The notes under the pieces were generated by a model. The model saw only the letters and a program-made list of their open reading frames with translations. It was not told the origin of the DNA and did no database searches. A stretch of DNA of 36,500 bases from Octopus bimaculoides. Its lineage: Eukaryota. The stretch is from contig NC_068995.1 in the NCBI RefSeq assembly GCF_001194135.2, positions 4,611,436-4,647,935 of the forward strand. The letters are read 5' to 3'. Numbering within the stretch: the first letter of the stretch is position 1; each line of letters begins with the position of its first letter. Below are positions 35,578 to 36,500 of the stretch, piece by piece. The position numbers and the translations under genes were made by a program.

Positions 35578-36108
35578 TGTTTTCGTATACGATCAAGAGA
35601 TTAGACTGTTGGAAGAGAAAAGAATCCTAACATCGGGCTACAACAAGTAATCTTAGATGCCAACAGCCCTCCTGTTGGGTTACAGCAAGTACCCTTGGAT
35701 GCCAAGTATCCTAAGTATCTTAGCTGTTCCTAATAGCATTTTTTCTGGGGTTTACTAAACTAGATTTTATGCCTAGTTTTATAATGATGACAGTTTCAGT
35801 TTAGTGTTAACTGTAAAATGGGAAAAAGACATGAGCTAAAAAGATAGAGAGTGGCCGAGAGATTAACAGAGATTGAGAAATATACGGAAAGGAGGAGGAA
35901 ATGGCGCTGGGAGACAGAGTAAAGGACAAAGAATGGGAGGAGTAGAGGGGGATAGTGTGGGTGGGAAACGGAAAGAGAGAAGCATATAAATATAGTGGGA
36001 GGAGGAGAAAGAGAGAGACGTTTAAATATATGATTGTCCGTGTGTTTGCATCTCTATATGATACAAACACACACACACACACATATAGATATATATGTAT
36101 GCATATAA

Positions 36109-36119
<11 letters not shown>

Positions 36120-36189
<70 letters not shown>

Positions 36190-36208
36190 AATAGATGTAT
36201 GTATATGC

Positions 36209-36251
<43 letters not shown>

Positions 36252-36453
36252 TATACGTATGTATGTTGGTTTGTGTGTGTGTATGTGCATGTTGAGTGTG
36301 TGTATTGGGTGAAAGGACAGATAAAAGGGACAATGTATACCCGCATGCATAAATGCATACATACATACATCCATACGCACAAATTCGGCTTCTTTCTGTT
36401 GCTCAATAAAAATCGAAAATTTAGATGTTCTCTTAAAAGGGATCATGACTTTT

Positions 36454-36500
<47 letters not shown>
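36120..36500. repeat. (AT)n/(GT)n/(CATA)n-rich tracts
   Basis: Direct reading. Confidence 0.85.

Noticed and set aside
35635-35706. CRISPR-like reading of repeat-spacer patterns
   Set aside because: Eukaryotic context, only two diverged units, and no cas genes.

Overview
AT-rich, microsatellite-saturated eukaryotic DNA with 12 assembly gaps (about 4.7 kb of N). The SINE and microsatellite content resembles an Octopus-type cephalopod draft assembly; this is an inference from repeat content. No host protein-coding gene could be identified, and nearly every ORF in the supplied track is a microsatellite or N-run artefact. The real content is transposon debris: three tRNA-derived SINE families, four decayed RTE-clade LINE 3' fragments, a Penelope-like GIY-YIG endonuclease fragment, a Tc1-family transposase fragment with D-36-E spacing, and hAT, pogo/Tigger, Helentron-like and foldback fragments. 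The most notable structures are two unrelated head-to-head inverted pairs of minimal type-I hammerhead ribozymes of the kind carried by Penelope-like elements (9400-9498 and 11388-11603). One has a non-canonical CCGAUGA core; the other pairs a short-stem-II copy with a long-stem-II copy. A Cys-rich candidate terminal exon at 2585-2705 (-) is the only hint of a host gene.
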